A stretch of 64,000 nt of DNA, from NCBI GenBank assembly GCA_902534735.1, contig CACARD010000003.1, positions 24,083-88,082 of the forward strand, read 5' to 3'. Below the pieces are notes generated by a model. The model had not been told where the DNA came from and searched no databases. It saw nothing but the letters and a program-made list of their open reading frames with translations. The number at the start of each line of letters is the position of its first letter. The stretch's first letter is position 1. A program made the position numbers and the translations under genes. Source of the DNA: an uncultured Pelagibacteraceae bacterium. GTDB lineage: Bacteria; Pseudomonadota; Alphaproteobacteria; Pelagibacterales; Pelagibacteraceae. This document shows, piece after piece, positions 8,075 to 18,235 of the stretch.

Positions 8075-8862
8075 TATTGGACAGTAATTCTATGCATAAT
8101 TCTATTACCTTTAAAAGCTGTTGCTTGATGAAGCATAGATCTATTATCCCAAATGGCTAATTGGTTCTTTTCCCATTCTAAAGAATATTGAAAACTTTTT
8201 TTTAATTGGTGTTTAAATAAATAAGTTTTTAATTTTTTGTCAATTTTGCTGTTATTAAAACGAATAAAGTGTCCAGGACTACAGTATAAAGTATATTTAC
8301 TATTTATTTTTCTAATTAATTTATGCTTTGAAATAAGTTCTTTAGCTTTTTTCCCCTTTTCTTTCTCTCTTTCTAATCTTGTTACAGAAATAGGTCCTTC
8401 TGATGAAAATATACATTTTTCGTTTTTAAACCTTCTTTTAAATTTAGTTGGTAATTTTTCATAAGCTAAATATTGGGAACAGAAATCTGTGTTTGCCTGA
8501 CCTTTTTTTGGAACTAATTTAGAAAGTAACATAGTAAATCTAGGCGGTTTTTTAGTATAAATTGAATCAGTATGAAATTGCTCTCCAAAACTAGGGCCTT
8601 TGTCAGTTGATTTTCTTTGAACAACAGTTATTTGAGGATATTTTTTATTCAATCCTTTAAGTCTTGGATAGTTTGCTAGTTTTCCAAATTTTTTTGCAAA
8701 TTTTACATAATGATTAGAGCTTAATTTTTGGTTTCTAAAATAAATCATTCCATATTTCGATAAGGCAGATTTAATTTTTTTTAGTGAAGAATTATTAATT
8801 TTATTTAAATCGCAGACTAATTCTGCGCCTATATTTTTTTTATTTGGAATAATTTTAAGCAT
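8074..8862 (-). CDS. TauD/TfdA-family Fe(II)/2-oxoglutarate dioxygenase
   Basis: FHTD (HxD) and WDNRSMLH...R.MHR motifs. Confidence 0.88.
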   Translation of the reverse strand: MLKIIPNKKNIGAELVCDLNKINNSSLKKIKSALSKYGMIYFRNQKLSSNHYVKFAKKFGKLANYPRLKGLNKKYPQITVVQRKSTDKGPSFGEQFHTDSIYTKKPPRFTMLLSKLVPKKGQANTDFCSQYLAYEKLPTKFKRRFKNEKCIFSSEGPISVTRLEREKEKGKKAKELISKHKLIRKINSKYTLYCSPGHFIRFNNSKIDKKLKTYLFKHQLKKSFQYSLEWEKNQLAIWDNRSMLHQATAFKGNRIMHRITVQ

Positions 8863-9730
8863 TTTTTAAAAAGAAACTTTTTAATTGTTTAATTGTTTCT
8901 TTGGGATTTTGCTCTGGTATAAAATGTCCAGATTTAACAGCAACTCCAACAACTTTTTTATTTGAATATTTTTGCCAAATTTTAATCGGTTTAAATTGTT
9001 TGCCTATAACACCATTTTTTCCCCATAATACTTGAACTGGAATATTTAATTTTTTCTTTCTATCATGTCTGTCATGATCAAGATCAATTGTAGCAGATGC
9101 TCTATAATCTTCACATGATCCATGTATTCTCTTTGGTTGTTTAAAGCACTTTATGTAACCCTCTTCAACTTTTCCAAATTTATGATTGCCAGACCATTTA
9201 TCCAAGCAATACTTCATCCATTTTCTTGGATCACTCATTATCATTCTTTCAGGTAGCCATTTTGGTTGAATTAAGAAAAACCAATGGAAGTAAGCTTTTG
9301 CAAAATCTCTAGTTGTTAGTTCGTACATATCTAAAGTTGGACAAATATCTAAAACGCTGAGAGCAAGCACGTTTTTTCTGTGATCTCTTGCCAATCTATG
9401 AGCAACTCTTCCACCCCTATCATGGCCTGCAACAAAAAACTTGGCATACCCCAATTTTACCATCATTTGTTTCATGTCACTCGCCATTTCTCTTTTAGAA
9501 TAATTAAAATGTTTACTGTCAGATGGTGGAGCTAAACTATTTCCATAACCTCTTAGGTCTGCTGCAACAACTGTAAAAATTTTAGATAACTCTGGAGCTG
9601 TTTTATGCCACATTAAATGCGTTTGAGGGTAACCATGGAGCAATAATAAAGGAGGACCATCTCCTTTAACTTTGCAAAAGACTTTACCTTTTTTTACTTT
9701 TACGTATTTACTCTTAAAACCTTCAAACAT
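8855..9730 (-). CDS. Haloacetate (fluoroacetate-type) dehalogenase, alpha/beta hydrolase
   Basis: HGYPQTH, GHDRGGRVAHR, YFHWFF, CEDYRA and GHFIPE match the catalytic and halide-pocket residues of fluoroacetate dehalogenases. Confidence 0.82.
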   Translation of the reverse strand: MFEGFKSKYVKVKKGKVFCKVKGDGPPLLLLHGYPQTHLMWHKTAPELSKIFTVVAADLRGYGNSLAPPSDSKHFNYSKREMASDMKQMMVKLGYAKFFVAGHDRGGRVAHRLARDHRKNVLALSVLDICPTLDMYELTTRDFAKAYFHWFFLIQPKWLPERMIMSDPRKWMKYCLDKWSGNHKFGKVEEGYIKCFKQPKRIHGSCEDYRASATIDLDHDRHDRKKKLNIPVQVLWGKNGVIGKQFKPIKIWQKYSNKKVVGVAVKSGHFIPEQNPKETIKQLKSFFLKNA

Positions 9731-9852
9731 TTATTTATCTTAATTTATATTTTTATAATTCAATAAATAATTTTAAAATTGTTCAAATACAACGTTAATA
9801 AGCTTAATTATTAAATTGAATTATCATTCATTGGATGTATACCTTCATTTTT

Positions 9853-10887
9853 GTGAGAATTGAAGAAGAGCTAAAACTAGATTATTCCGACGTACTTTTT
9901 AGACCTAAAAGAAGCACTCTTAAAAGTAGAAAAGATGTTAATTTAAAGAGAACCTATCGTTTTAAATACAGTAAAAACGAATGGTCTGGAATTCCTATAA
10001 TGGCAGCTAACATGGATGGTGTAGGCGTACTTGGTGTAGCCGAAAAATTATCTGATTACGGAATGATTACATGTTTAACAAAACAACATGATGTAAAAAA
10101 AATTAAACAATTTAAAAAAATTAAATCAATATATCCAAATGTGGCTTTAAGTATTGGAACAAAAAAAGAAGATTTTCAAAATTTAGATAAAGTTTTAAAA
10201 GAATTTAGTTTCATTAAATTTATATGCATTGATGTTGCAAACGGTTATTCAGAGCATTTTAGTAAATTTTTAAAATCTGTTAGGGATAAATATCCAACAA
10301 AAACAATCATAGCAGGCAATGTTGTTACTGCTGATATGACTCAAGAATTAATTTTGTCAGGTGCAGATATTGTTAAAGTTGGAATTGGACCAGGTAGTGT
10401 TTGTACGACACGAATACAAACTGGAGTTGGATATCCACAGTTAAGTGCGGTAATAGAATGTGCTGATGCTGCTCATGGATTAGGTGCACATATCATTGCA
10501 GATGGTGGATGCACTTGTCCAGGTGATGTTGCTAAAGCATTTGGTGGAGGAGCTGATTTTGTTATGCTTGGAGGAATGTTTGCAGGTCATGATGAAGGTA
10601 AAGGAAAATTGGTAAAATCTAATGGTTCTAAATATGTCGAATTTTATGGATCGAGTTCTGAAACAGCTAACAATAAACATTACGGCGGACTATCAGACTA
10701 CAGAAGTAGCGAAGGAAGAACAGTCAGAGTGAAGTACCGTGGTAAAATTAATGATACCATTTTAAATATTTTAGGTGGTGTAAGAAGTAGTTGTACATAT
10801 GTTGGTGCACCCTCTTTAAAACAATTAAGTAAGTGTACAACTTTTGTCAGAGTTACTAAGCAATTTAACGATACATTCACCAAATAA
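9853..10887 (+). CDS. guaC: GMP reductase
   Basis: Probable start is GTG at 9853 ([23 protein letters not shown]); [26 protein letters not shown] motifs. Confidence 0.95.
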   Translation: MRIEEELKLDYSDVLFRPKRSTLKSRKDVNLKRTYRFKYSKNEWSGIPIMAANMDGVGVLGVAEKLSDYGMITCLTKQHDVKKIKQFKKIKSIYPNVALSIGTKKEDFQNLDKVLKEFSFIKFICIDVANGYSEHFSKFLKSVRDKYPTKTIIAGNVVTADMTQELILSGADIVKVGIGPGSVCTTRIQTGVGYPQLSAVIECADAAHGLGAHIIADGGCTCPGDVAKAFGGGADFVMLGGMFAGHDEGKGKLVKSNGSKYVEFYGSSSETANNKHYGGLSDYRSSEGRTVRVKYRGKINDTILNILGGVRSSCTYVGAPSLKQLSKCTTFVRVTKQFNDTFTK

Positions 10888-11961
10888 ATGAAAGAATATT
10901 CAATAGCTTCTATTGCTGGTGACGGCATTGGAAAAGAAGTTGTACCTGAAGCTCAAAAAATATTAAAAGAAATTTCTCAACAACATCAATTCAAATTAAA
11001 GATAGAAGATTATGATTTTGCATCATGTGATTATTATGAAAAGCATGGAAAAATGATGCCAGACGACTGGAAGGAAAAGCTCACTAAACATGATGCAATT
11101 TTTTTTGGTGCAGTTGGTATGCCAGATAAATATCCAGATCACATAACACTTTGGGGATCATTGTTAAAATTTAGAAGAGAGTTTGATCAATTTATTAACT
11201 TAAGACCTGTAAAACTTTTTGAAGGTGTAAATGCTCCATTAGCTAATAAAAAGCCAGGTGATATTGACATGATAATCGTTAGAGAAAATACCGAAGGAGA
11301 ATATTCATCAGTCGGTGGAAGAATGTATCAGGGAAGTGATAGAGAAGTGGTTATTCAAGAAACAATAATGTCAAAATATGGAATAGATAGAGTTCAACAA
11401 TTTGCATTTGAATTAGCTAAAAAAAGAAAAAGAAAAAAACTAACAAGTGCTACAAAATCAAATGGAATATCTATTACAATGCCTTATTGGGATGAAAGAT
11501 TTAATGAAAATAAAAAAAATTATCCTGATGTTGAAACTGATCAATACCATATCGATATATTAGCTGCTAGATTTGTTTTAAGTCCTGAACGCTTTGATGT
11601 GATAGTCGCATCGAACCTTTTTGGGGATATTCTATCTGATCTAGGACCAGCTTGTACTGGAACTATTGGAATTGCACCGTCTGGAAATATAAATCCAACT
11701 AATAAGTATCCATCATTATTTGAACCCGTTCATGGATCGGCACCAGATATTGCGGGACAAGGGATAGCTAATCCAGTAGGTCAAATTTGGTCAGCTGCAA
11801 TGATGTTAGATTACTTAGGTGAAAAAGAAGCTTCTGATAGAATAGTTAAATCAATTGAATTAACTCTTAAAGATAAAGACAGTCGAACAAAAGATCTTCA
11901 AGGCTCTAGTAATACAGAACAGTGCTCAAAAAAAATTTTAGATAATCTTAGTTCAGTTTAA
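10888..11961 (+). CDS. dmlA: Tartrate dehydrogenase / D-malate dehydrogenase (decarboxylating)
   Basis: GDGIGKEV, PDHITLWG, RENTEGEYS, TKSNG, NLFGDILSDL, FEPVHGSAPDI motifs. Confidence 0.85.
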   Translation: MKEYSIASIAGDGIGKEVVPEAQKILKEISQQHQFKLKIEDYDFASCDYYEKHGKMMPDDWKEKLTKHDAIFFGAVGMPDKYPDHITLWGSLLKFRREFDQFINLRPVKLFEGVNAPLANKKPGDIDMIIVRENTEGEYSSVGGRMYQGSDREVVIQETIMSKYGIDRVQQFAFELAKKRKRKKLTSATKSNGISITMPYWDERFNENKKNYPDVETDQYHIDILAARFVLSPERFDVIVASNLFGDILSDLGPACTGTIGIAPSGNINPTNKYPSLFEPVHGSAPDIAGQGIANPVGQIWSAAMMLDYLGEKEASDRIVKSIELTLKDKDSRTKDLQGSSNTEQCSKKILDNLSSV

Positions 11962-11976
11962 AATTTAATCAAAATT

Positions 11977-12858
11977 ATGAATTTTCTTAAAAATAAATCT
12001 ATTACCAAAGTTATAATTTTATCTATATCTGGATTTTTTATTTTAGTTTGCCAAGATTCTACTGCAAAATATCTGGGAACATTAATGCCATTAAATCAAG
12101 TAATTTGGGGCAGATTTTTTTTTCACTTTGTTATTATTTTAATTTTATTTGCAATATTAAAACCTAAGTTAAACTTAAAAAGAAATTTCAATATTAATAT
12201 AATTAGATCGATCCTCATGGTTTTTGCCACTTTTTTTTTCATTCATTCTTTACAAAAATTTGACCTTGTGGATATCTATGTAGTTTTCTTTTCAGCTCCA
12301 CTAATAGTATCAATTTTAACAGCGTTATTTTTAAAAGATATTCTTTCACCTAAAGGTATAATTTTAATGTTGTTAAGCTTTGGGTGTATAATTTATTCAA
12401 TGAGTCCAAGCATGAAAGTTTTAAGTTTAGACTTAATTTTTCCTTTGGTACCACCAGTATGTTGGGCTTTATATCAATTTTTTACAAAATTTATTTCTGG
12501 TAATAATGATCCTTTAGTGGCGTTATTTTATGCTGCTGTTGTAGGGGCCATTGTTTTCTCTATTTATGTAATGTTTGACTGGACACCAATTGAGAATAAA
12601 AGTTTGTGGATTTGGCTTGTGTTTCTAGGTGTATTAGGTTTTACTAGTCATCTTTTAATTATATTTGCAATTCAGCTATCAAATTTATCTTTTGTAACTA
12701 ATTTTCAATATTCACAATTAATTTGGTCAACATTAATCAATTTTTATATATTCGGAGTACCTTTTGATTTTAATAAAACTTTTGGAGTTATTGGAATAAT
12801 TGTTTTTGGAGTTTTATTTGTTCAGGCTGAAAGTAAAAAAAAGAAAATTAGTTCTTAA
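11977..12858 (+). CDS. DMT/EamA-family transporter
   Basis: 293 aa, about 10 TM segments, two EamA-like halves. Confidence 0.8.
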   Translation: MNFLKNKSITKVIILSISGFFILVCQDSTAKYLGTLMPLNQVIWGRFFFHFVIILILFAILKPKLNLKRNFNINIIRSILMVFATFFFIHSLQKFDLVDIYVVFFSAPLIVSILTALFLKDILSPKGIILMLLSFGCIIYSMSPSMKVLSLDLIFPLVPPVCWALYQFFTKFISGNNDPLVALFYAAVVGAIVFSIYVMFDWTPIENKSLWIWLVFLGVLGFTSHLLIIFAIQLSNLSFVTNFQYSQLIWSTLINFYIFGVPFDFNKTFGVIGIIVFGVLFVQAESKKKKISS

Positions 12859-15286
12859 AATCTTTATTGTTTAAAGGTTTTTCTAATACTTCAACTGGAT
12901 ATTTTTGTTTTTCAATTTCAATAAATATATTTTTGTCTTTTAATGTTTTAACTGTATTTCCAGAATTAACATATCCAAAAGAGAGATTTTTATCATAACA
13001 AAAAGAATAATTTCCTGAAGTTGTTCTTCCAATAATTTTATCATCCATATAAATAGGTTCTTCATGTAATAAAAGTGGCTCACCAGGTTTACTGTCTTTT
13101 AGAGTAAACATCATCATCCTTTTATCTAATTTTTGGTCTTTAATTTTTAATAAAGCATCTTTTCCAATAAAGTTTACATTTTTCTTATAACTAATTGCAA
13201 ATTTTAAACCTGCTTGATACTGATTTTCCTCTGGTGAAATATCATGTCCCCAGTGAACAAATCCACTTTCCATTCTCATAATATCCATTGCATGCATTCC
13301 ACAATGAGACAGCTTAAAGTTTTTTCCCTCATCAATCAGAATTTTATAAAGATGCTTAGCAAAACTTGACTCAACGTAAAGCTCAAATCCTAATTCACCA
13401 ACATAAGAAAGTCGTTGAGCCCAAACTTTTACACCATTTATCATTATGAACTTTCCAGTTCCAAACTTAAATTTATCATTACTAAAATCTTCATTACTTA
13501 TTTTCGAAATCATCTCTCTACTCTTTGGACCGAATAATCCTAGACAACAAATATCCTCTGTTACATCTTTAAATGATACATCTTCATCTAAATACTTTAA
13601 TATTTGATATTTATCGTGTTCTCTCGTAGCTGCTGAGCTCACAATTCTAAAATAATTTTTATCTATGCATACGACTGTTAAATCTGTTTCTATTCCACCA
13701 TCTTCATTTAACATATGAGTGTAAGTTGTTTTTCCAATCTCATTTTTAATGTTAGCGGTACATAACTTTTGTAGTTCTTGGTGAGTTTTTTCACCTTTCA
13801 AATCAAATTTTGAAAATGTTGAGAAATCAAATAAACCTACATTCTTTCTGGCATTTAAAGTTTCGTGTTTTGCTGAAGGGTACCAATTTTGATAATTAAA
13901 ACTATATTCGTATTTAGGCTCTTTGCCATTCAACGAATACCACATTGGTCTTTCAAATCCTCCTGCAACTCCAAAACAAGCTCCTGCTTTTTTTAATTCT
14001 TCATGATAGGGCAAAAGTTTTTGATTTCTTGATGTATTTGGTTGTTTATAAGGCCAATGCATTCCATACAGATCACCAAGCGTTTCTGTTACTCTTTCCA
14101 TAATAAAGTTTTTTGATGAGTGAAATTTTTGAAACCTTTTAATATCCACTGAAAATAAATCTTCATTAATATGTCCATTCATCATCCATTCCGCAGTAAC
14201 CCTACCCGCTCCACCTGAGCTAGCAATCCCAATGCTATTAAAACCGCAACATGTATATAGATTTTTAACTTCAGGAGTTTCGCCTAATAAATATTGAGTA
14301 TCTGGAGTAAAAGACTCTGGACCAGAGAAGAATTTTCTTATTCCTGCACTTTCTAACATTGGCAATCTATGAAATGATTTTTCTAAGTAAGGTTCAAAAT
14401 GATCAAAATCATCTGGCAGTTCGCCGAATGAAAAATTATCTGGAACTCTTCCTGTGTCTTTAAATGCTGGTTTTGCTTTTGGTTCAAAAATACCTACGAG
14501 CATTTTTCCTGCATCTTCTTTTAAATATAGACAAGCATTATAATCTCTCAGCACTGGAAGATTTTGAGGTAAATCTTTTATTGGCTCAGTAATTATATAA
14601 AAATGTTCATTTGGGTATAAAGGAACACTAACATTTATTTCTTCGCCTAATTGTCTTGACCACATTCCTGTTGCCATAACAACGTATTCACAATCGATGA
14701 CACCTTTATCAGTTTCTACCCCACTAATTCTAGAATTTTTAATTAAAATTTTTTTTACAGGTGTTTTTTCAAAAATCTTTGCGCCCTCCATTCTTGCAGC
14801 TTTTGCAAGCACATTAGTTATTCCAACTGGATCTGCTTGACCATCTTTCGGCATGTAAACACCACCTAGAATATCTTCACTATGTAATACGGGATACAAT
14901 TCCTTTAAACGTTTTTTATTAAGAATTTCTACTTCAACATCTGATAATTGAGCAGTTGTTGCTTGTCTTAGTAGTTCTTGCATTCTTTCTTTGGTAGATG
15001 CAACTGTGATTGCACCATTTTGCTTCATTCCAGTTGATATACCTGTAGTTTTTTCTAAATCTTTATAAAGATCTAAAGAATATTTTCTTATTTTTGTAAT
15101 TGTTGATGATGCACCTAATTGACCTAGAAGACCTGCTGCATGCCAAGTAGTTCCTGAAGTAAGCAAATCTCTTTCAAGTAAAATAACATCTTTCCATCCA
15201 AATTTTGCCAGATGATAAGCGCAAGATGTTCCAGCAACACCACCACCTATAACAACTACTTTAGTACTTTTAGGTAACTCATTCAT
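12848..15286 (-). CDS. Sarcosine dehydrogenase-like FAD oxidoreductase with GcvT (THF-binding) domain
   Basis: GGGVAG, SGTTWHAAG, GPESFTPD, GFERP, SYVGELGFE motifs; 812 aa. Confidence 0.88.
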   Translation of the reverse strand: MNELPKSTKVVVIGGGVAGTSCAYHLAKFGWKDVILLERDLLTSGTTWHAAGLLGQLGASSTITKIRKYSLDLYKDLEKTTGISTGMKQNGAITVASTKERMQELLRQATTAQLSDVEVEILNKKRLKELYPVLHSEDILGGVYMPKDGQADPVGITNVLAKAARMEGAKIFEKTPVKKILIKNSRISGVETDKGVIDCEYVVMATGMWSRQLGEEINVSVPLYPNEHFYIITEPIKDLPQNLPVLRDYNACLYLKEDAGKMLVGIFEPKAKPAFKDTGRVPDNFSFGELPDDFDHFEPYLEKSFHRLPMLESAGIRKFFSGPESFTPDTQYLLGETPEVKNLYTCCGFNSIGIASSGGAGRVTAEWMMNGHINEDLFSVDIKRFQKFHSSKNFIMERVTETLGDLYGMHWPYKQPNTSRNQKLLPYHEELKKAGACFGVAGGFERPMWYSLNGKEPKYEYSFNYQNWYPSAKHETLNARKNVGLFDFSTFSKFDLKGEKTHQELQKLCTANIKNEIGKTTYTHMLNEDGGIETDLTVVCIDKNYFRIVSSAATREHDKYQILKYLDEDVSFKDVTEDICCLGLFGPKSREMISKISNEDFSNDKFKFGTGKFIMINGVKVWAQRLSYVGELGFELYVESSFAKHLYKILIDEGKNFKLSHCGMHAMDIMRMESGFVHWGHDISPEENQYQAGLKFAISYKKNVNFIGKDALLKIKDQKLDKRMMMFTLKDSKPGEPLLLHEEPIYMDDKIIGRTTSGNYSFCYDKNLSFGYVNSGNTVKTLKDKNIFIEIEKQKYPVEVLEKPLNNKDFKN

Positions 15287-15312
15287 ACATATTTGGATTT
15301 ATATAATTAAAT

Positions 15313-16368
15313 TTAAAAGCAAACAATATGATCGATATGGATGGGTCTTTTTATACCAAATTTTTCATCGACTTCATGTTGATGAATATGATGAGAATGC
15401 ACAAAAACTGGTATTAATTTATTACTTAATGTTTTTAACGTATAAATAAAATTTGACCCTCTGAATTTTCTATCTACTACTTCAAGTTTGAGATTGCTCG
15501 CATCATCATGTTGTAAGTCTTCTGGCTGTATTAAAAGTTTTACTTTAGATCCTATTGGGAAAGGTCTAGCAAAATTTCCTGTTATTGTGCCCAAATCTTC
15601 ATTTTCAAGACTTTTTGGACTAGTAACTTCAGCAGGTATTAAAATTCCTCTATTTAGAAAATTAACTACTTCTACTGAATTTGGTAAATGGTAGACATTA
15701 TATGGATCATCATATTGCTTTAACTCACCGTCTAAAATTATGCCACATTTGCTACCCAGGTAAAAAGCTTCATATGAATCGTGAGTTACAATTATTGTTG
15801 TTATTTTAGAATTGGTTAAAATTTGCTTTAATTCAACTTGAATTTCCTCCTTAAAACTTTGATCTACATTAGATAATGGCTCATCCAACATTAATAAGTC
15901 TGGTTGAGAAACCAATGATCTAGCTAAAGATGCTCTTTGGGCTTCACCCGCACTGATCTCATGCGGAAATTTATTTAGTATTTTGTTTAAGTTTAAAAAA
16001 TTAATTACTTCTTTAGTTTGTATTTTTTTATCATCTTTCACTCTATCTGAACCAAGATTAATATTTTTTTCTATATTGTAATGAGGAAATAAGCTGTTCT
16101 CTTGAAATGATAGAGCAATGTTACGATTTTCTGGCTCGATATGAATATTTTGAGATGAAAGTGTTCTGCCTTTTAAATGAATTTTACCTTTATTAATTTT
16201 TTCTAAACCCGCAATAGTTCTTAATATTGTGGTTTTACCTATACCAGAAGGACCAAGTAAACATACAATTTCACCTTCATTTTCAATTTTTAAAGAAACA
16301 TTATTAACTTTATTTTTCCCGCCAGCTGCAAAAGATACATTTTCAATTTCAAAAAAATTATTAGTCAT
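15313..16368 (-). CDS. fbpC: Fe(III) ABC transporter ATP-binding protein
   Basis: Walker A GPSGIGKT, signature-like ISAGEAQR, LMLDEP, VTHD. Confidence 0.9.
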   Translation of the reverse strand: MTNNFFEIENVSFAAGGKNKVNNVSLKIENEGEIVCLLGPSGIGKTTILRTIAGLEKINKGKIHLKGRTLSSQNIHIEPENRNIALSFQENSLFPHYNIEKNINLGSDRVKDDKKIQTKEVINFLNLNKILNKFPHEISAGEAQRASLARSLVSQPDLLMLDEPLSNVDQSFKEEIQVELKQILTNSKITTIIVTHDSYEAFYLGSKCGIILDGELKQYDDPYNVYHLPNSVEVVNFLNRGILIPAEVTSPKSLENEDLGTITGNFARPFPIGSKVKLLIQPEDLQHDDASNLKLEVVDRKFRGSNFIYTLKTLSNKLIPVFVHSHHIHQHEVDEKFGIKRPIHIDHIVCF

Positions 16369-17978
16369 TAGTCTTTCAAAATAAATTTAGACGTTATCAA
16401 AATAAATGTACTTGCAATTAATATCAAGAATAATGATGGAACTGCCGCAGCCTCTAAGAGATCTTGAGATGCAAAAATATATGCTGTTGTAGCGAATGTT
16501 TCAAAGTTAAATGGTCTCAATATTAAAGTTATAGGTAATTCTTTTATTACTTCTATCGTAATCAATATTCCTATTAGAAAGACAGAATTTTTTAAATAAG
16601 GAACATGAATTCCTAAGAAGGTTTTTATTTTAGAATAACCAAGGAGATAAGAACTCTCGTCAATTGACCTATTAATCCTTTCGTAGCCAGTTTTCAATCC
16701 ATTATAAGCTAGTGAATAAAATCTTATAAAATAAACTATCACTAAACCAAAAATAGATCCTATAAATATTTTCTTAATAGAATTAAATTCAAAGGCTTTA
16801 ACAAAAGTATTATCAAACCAAGCAATAAAAGTGATGAACGCAACAGCTAAAATTACACCAGGTATCGCATATCCTGTAATAGAAAATGTTGTAAGAAAGT
16901 TTAAAAATTTACTTTTAGTTACTCTATTTCCATAATTTGAAATAAATGAAAAAACTACTAATACAATACTAGATAAAAAAACTAGATAAATGGTGTTTGA
17001 AAACAATTGAAAGGTATTTAAATCAAATAAACTTTTTGGAAAAATTATTGTCCAATATAACATTTGTAAAACGGGAAATAGAAAACTTATAAAAAAAACT
17101 AAAAAACAAAACACAAAAGCCAAAGTCGCTTTAGAAAAATTTAGTTTAATTTTCTTCTTTTCTTTGATGCCACCTTTAATTGGAGAGTGATATTGAGCAC
17201 GTTTTCTCGAAATATTTTCAATAAAAAAGAGACCCAAAATAAATAATAGTAAAAAAAATGAAAGCTGATTTGCAAAAGCTAAATCATCAAATGATATCCA
17301 TGAATCATATATACCTGTAGTAAGAGTTGCTATGCCAAAAAATGATACTGCCCCAAAATCAGATAAAGTCTCCATTGCAACCAATGCTAAACCTGCAACT
17401 ATTGCTGGTCTAGCTGATGGTAAAATAATCTTAAAAAAAGATTTATACTTAGAAAAACCTAGATTTTGTCCTAATTCTATTAAATTTTGAGATTGATAAT
17501 GGAAAGATGCTCTCGTTAAAACGTAAACATATCCAAATAGTGAAAAAGATACTGATAAGATAGCACCAAGCATACCATCAAATTTTGGAATGGATTGATT
17601 ATATTCACCAGGTCCAAATAAAGATTTCAATATTGAGTATAGTGTTCCAAAGTTTTCAAAAAAAGCAGTTAATGAATAAGCATAAATGTAAGCAGGTACT
17701 GCAAAAGATAATATTAAAGCCCATTTAAAAAATTTAACGCCTGGAAAATCATAAAATGAAACTACATATGCACTGCCAACACCTAAGAATAATGTAAGAA
17801 CTAAAACTCCTAAAAGTAATATTAAGGAATTATAAATATATTCAATTAAAAATGTATTTTTTAAAATATCAAAGTAATTAGTTGTTTCTTGGAAGAAACT
17901 TGCAAACACAGTTAAAATTGGAATTGCAACAACAAATGAAACTAAAAATGAAGAAAGGTACCAGGAATTAAATTTCAT
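16368..17978 (-). CDS. fbpB: Fe(III) ABC transporter permease
   Basis: Duplicated permease; AVPAYIYAY, METLSDFGAV, KELPITLILRPFNFETFA motifs. Confidence 0.92.
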   Translation of the reverse strand: MKFNSWYLSSFLVSFVVAIPILTVFASFFQETTNYFDILKNTFLIEYIYNSLILLLGVLVLTLFLGVGSAYVVSFYDFPGVKFFKWALILSFAVPAYIYAYSLTAFFENFGTLYSILKSLFGPGEYNQSIPKFDGMLGAILSVSFSLFGYVYVLTRASFHYQSQNLIELGQNLGFSKYKSFFKIILPSARPAIVAGLALVAMETLSDFGAVSFFGIATLTTGIYDSWISFDDLAFANQLSFFLLLFILGLFFIENISRKRAQYHSPIKGGIKEKKKIKLNFSKATLAFVFCFLVFFISFLFPVLQMLYWTIIFPKSLFDLNTFQLFSNTIYLVFLSSIVLVVFSFISNYGNRVTKSKFLNFLTTFSITGYAIPGVILAVAFITFIAWFDNTFVKAFEFNSIKKIFIGSIFGLVIVYFIRFYSLAYNGLKTGYERINRSIDESSYLLGYSKIKTFLGIHVPYLKNSVFLIGILITIEVIKELPITLILRPFNFETFATTAYIFASQDLLEAAAVPSLFLILIASTFILITSKFILKD

Positions 17979-18010
17979 ATATTATAATCCGCCTTATAAT
18001 CATGAAAATC

Positions 18011-18048
18011 AAAAGTGCCCATGGCTTAGGAGACCAAACCATAGGCAC
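18011..18048 (-). terminator. Intrinsic terminator between the binding-protein transcript and the permease
   Basis: Minus strand GTGCCTATGGTTTGG-TCTC-CTAAGCCATGGGCAC forms a 15-bp stem (3 G-U pairs) followed by TTTTGATTTT. Confidence 0.8.
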
Positions 18049-18061
18049 AAACTTTAGAAAA

Positions 18062-18235
18062 TCAAAAATTAAATACTTTTAGGATATGCGGAACCTCCTT
18101 AGTTTTAATTTCAGACAATTTTCTATTATTTACACGTTTATTGATTTTTTCACACTCCGAAGCACATGCAGGACAGGCTTTGGAAGATTTATTATAATCA
18201 ACTTCCGTAGTAAATTTTTTTTTAACAGCTATCAT
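18062..18235 (-). CDS. Small cysteine-motif protein (57 aa, CxxCxxxC) inside the iron-uptake operon
   Basis: Hand translation MIAVKKKFTTEVDYNKSSKACPACASECEKINKRVNNRKLSEIKTKEVPHILKVFNF. ATG directly follows the upstream stop (TAAATG); stop lies just before the terminator. Confidence 0.65.
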   Translation of the reverse strand: MIAVKKKFTTEVDYNKSSKACPACASECEKINKRVNNRKLSEIKTKEVPHILKVFNF

